Positions 60,991-64,000 of a stretch of 64,000 nt of DNA are shown here, in pieces. Under the pieces are notes generated by a model. That model did not search any database. It was given only the letters and a program-made list of their open reading frames with translations, and was not told where the DNA came from. Where the stretch lies: the NCBI GenBank assembly GCA_038087875.1, contig CM075985.1, positions 24,056,001 through 24,120,000 on the forward strand, in the 5' to 3' direction. The DNA comes from Malacoraja senta. Lineage: Eukaryota. Made by a program: the position numbers and the translations under genes. Numbering within the stretch: the first letter of the stretch is position 1; each line of letters begins with the position of its first letter.

Positions 60991-61871
60991 ACAGAGAAAA
61001 AATGCCTTGGTGGAGTGCAGGCAAGAGTGACTCTTCTCTTCAACAATGCTCAAATGGGAGATTGTCCATCATATGATCCCTTCCCCAAGACATAGCCCAA
61101 CCTTATTTACTGTTGTGAGTGACTGCTTTCTGAAGATAAATCATTTTTGTCATGGGATGGTCCAGGTAATACCTGTCTGGTCGAGTATACTTTTGTTTTC
61201 ATTTACATGGTGAATATTCTATTAAATGAAATTTAGTTTGCCAGGGTTAACTTCCAGAAGCATGCAACTATCAGATAAGCTATGTGGGAGAAATTTGCTG
61301 AGATACCACCTATTTCAGAAATTAAGGTTTTTATTTTGCATATTAGATTAGAGTAAAATAATGTCCTTTGCATCTTTGTCTTCAATATATTTGTGCCAAT
61401 CAAATTGAATGGTGGTGCTTCCAACTAGCAGCTTGTTAAAAATTACAGAGGTCTACGGAAGATGAAAAATTGGTATTTTCTCTCTCTAGAAAAAGAATGC
61501 CTGCAGCAACTTTCAGATCTGGAATAATGAGTGGCAGAAGGTTCTTGTTTCCTCCCCTTTCAATTGATGAAGATGTTCGTAAAGGGAAAAGTTGGTGGTG
61601 ATGGATTACACAAAAATTGATTTTAAAGTTACTGGGGAAAAATGTCACTATGTTGCTACATTTCCAGAAGTATGTAGTGTTATGAAATACATTTCATTTG
61701 GAGGTTGTATTCTGTTCATTCACTGGCTTTCTCTAAAATCAATTAGATTGTTGTTTTGCAAATTCGATTTACATCAATTGAATGCTGTGCGGAATAGTCG
61801 AAGGAAGATGTTGGCTGCAAGTTCAAGTTCACACCATTTTTCCTCTTTTCAACTGTGAAACATTCGGGGAA

Positions 61872-62566
61872 TCTATCTATATATTACTAAAACTCCCTTC
61901 TTGTCTGTGAGTGAGTTTGCGTGTTTGTTTGTGCTCGTGCTTTTCATAGTCTGAACTACGCCAAAACAGTACATGATAGCGCTACAATCTTTGGACCACC
62001 TTACTCACCATTGTCCTGTGGTGTGGTGTATCAAGTTTCATTCAGATTCATGTTATATTTTACAAGTTATTCACATTTTTAACTTTACAAAATCCCAATT
62101 TGAGAAACATTTCTTTCCTCTGCACTGGCAGTTCCAGCTATGACGTCACAATGGGATTATAGCCCTGCCTGCTATAATGTTACAATCCCAGGACACCAAG
62201 TCCTGCCAGCCCTAGCAAGTGCAATTGCATTTTTTTTAAAGTTTAAAATGAGGGAGGGTGAATAAGGGGAAATGAGCAGCCCCTGCGCAGTTGGGGGCCT
62301 GTGGGTGAGTGGTGGAAGATTGCATTGGAAGAACGGGTTGCATTTGGGGAACGGGTGAGTGGTGGAATATTGTCTAGGGGAACGGGTTGCGTTGGGGACC
62401 AGGCCTCCCGTGGGGGCTATGGGTGAGTGGTCGAATATTGCGTTGGGGGAACGGGTTGCATTGGGGGGAACAGGTGAATGATGGAAACAGGTTGCGTTGG
62501 GGGAACGGGTGAGTGGTGAAATATTGCGTTTTAGGAATGGGACCCAATGGGTCCCACTTGGTCCAG
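61872..62566 (+). mobile_element. Non-autonomous Helitron-like element
   Basis: Starts a|TCtatctatatattactaaaactc. Ends with hairpin tgggaccca-a-tgggtccca then cttggtCCAG|t. Internal G-rich minisatellite at ~62290-62535. Confidence 0.75.
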
Positions 62567-62608
62567 TATATTACTAAAACTCATCTTTTTTGTTTCTTTT
62601 TTCTTTGA

Positions 62609-64000
62609 TTTTTTTTTTTTTTTTTTTTTTTAAATTTTATTAGAAGCAATGTACATCCATCTTAATCATAATATGCAACATATTACATTTCTTGTACAAC
62701 TTCTTTTTTTCCTTTTTTGTAAACTTTAACCTATAATAGAAAAGGAGAAAAGAAAAAAGAGAAAGCAGAAAAGAGTGAGGATAGTAGTGAAGTGTAGTCC
62801 GCAGTAATTGGCGTTAAGTGAATGATAATGGTTAAGTAGTCTGCGTGCTAGAAAATGTGAAAAGAAAAGAAGAAGAAAAAAAAGGGGGGCCTTAAGAAAA
62901 GAAAATAAGTAAGGAATCTAAAAAAGGTAAGGCTAAGCAAGAAGGAAAGGGAATGTGTCTAATTCCTGACTGTTCACACCCATCACCTAGTTCTAAAATA
63001 ATTATTTTCCAGGGTTGTGTTGCACCATATTACACCCGTAACAAATCAATGAAAGGTGACCATATTCTTAAGAATTGCTCTTGTTTTCCTGCTAGAACAA
63101 GTCCCATTTCCTCAAGGTGTAGTATTTCCGACATATTTGTAATCCACATTTTAAACGTTGGGATAGGAGCGTCTTTCCAGAATTTAAGTATACGTTTTTT
63201 TGCCGTTATCAAACTGTAGTTTAATAAACATCTTTGAAATGTAGTGAGTTCGGAACAGGCTTTCATTGTTCCGAAAATAATCAATTCTGTATTTGTGTCC
63301 AGTCTTAATTTAAATATTTTTTGAAAAACTTTCAAAAATTTCCTTCCAAAATTTCTGAAGTTTTGTACAGGAGACAAATGAATGTGCTATTGTTGCCTCT
63401 TTAGTTAGGCACTTATCACAGATGGGAGAGACATTTGGAATTTTTTATTTAATTTTGTTTTTGAGTAATATAATCTGTGTACAATTTTAAATTGGATCAA
63501 TATGTGTCTAACGTTGATCGAACATTTATGTATATATAACAAATAGCCTTCCCATCTGTCCTTGGAGATTTCTATAGACAATTCTTGTTCCCATTCTTTC
63601 CTTATATCTTCTGTCGAAGATATGTCTATATTTAAAATAATATTATAAAAATACGATGTTAAGTGATCCAATTCTGCCTGTCTATTCATGCATTGTTCTA
63701 AAGGGTCCAACTTCAAATTTTGATAATCTTTTGAATGTTTTTTCAAATAATCTCGAGTTTGTAAATATCTAAAATATTGGTTACTTTCTATGTTGTATTT
63801 AAGCTGTAAATCTTGGAATGGTAAAAAATTTCCCGCTTCATACAAATCTTCCCAAGTCTTAATTCCTAATCGTTCCCAGAGAATAAATGTTTTGTCAATA
63901 GTCGATGGCTTAAACGTGGGGTTGTTAGCTATCGGTGAAAGAAGCGAAAGATTTCTTAGTTTAAGAGGATTTTATTTGTCTCCAAATTAGTATTGTACTG
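62609..64000 (-). mobile_element. L1-clade LINE (fish L1/Swimmer-like) ORF2 C-terminus, 3' UTR and poly(A)
   Basis: ORFs 63405..63845 and 63030..63377 (FQDLQLKYNI...FRYLQTRDYL; IQFKIVHRLY; LITAKKRILKFWK) are frameshifted. AATAAA and an A tail on - (T run 62609-62631). Runs off the window. Confidence 0.9.

Noticed and set aside
50600-64000. APAF1 3' exons expected from mammalian synteny
   Set aside because: No WD40-like APAF1 C-terminal peptide was recognised on the - strand within the window.

Overview
Eukaryotic, AT-rich, repeat-dense DNA, most likely from a cartilaginous fish (skate/ray; inferred from the HE1/HER1-like SINEs and the Penelope and CR1 repeat content). The + strand carries the 3' part of ANKS1B (AIDA-1/EB-1). 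Eight phase-0 coding exons between 17525 and 48321 encode the end of SAM2, the 60-aa linker, the complete PTB domain and the ...KYETTIF C-terminus. A ~2.2 kb 3' UTR follows, with poly(A) signals near 50400 and 50550. Upstream exons lie outside the window. Introns and the downstream region hold a near-complete but frameshifted DD34E Tc1 transposon, non-autonomous Helitrons (one in a head-to-tail array), PIF/Harbinger-type and pogo/Tc2-type MITEs, Penelope fragments, and CR1, Rex, RTE, L2 and L1 fragments and SINEs. Several Penelope fragments are fold-back elements with hammerhead-ribozyme-like cores. There is a 989-nt assembly gap at 2478-3466. The items most worth checking are a candidate proline-rich ANKS1B cassette exon (44574-44693), the hammerhead-bearing fold-back Penelope inserts in ANKS1B introns, the Helitron tandems, an ancient inverted repeat split by the Tc1, a perfect nuclear-receptor/E-box palindrome, and an unidentified, possibly decayed coding region on the - strand (58.6-61.9 kb). 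I cannot firmly demonstrate a wholly new biological system from the sequence alone. Most ORF-track entries are spurious.
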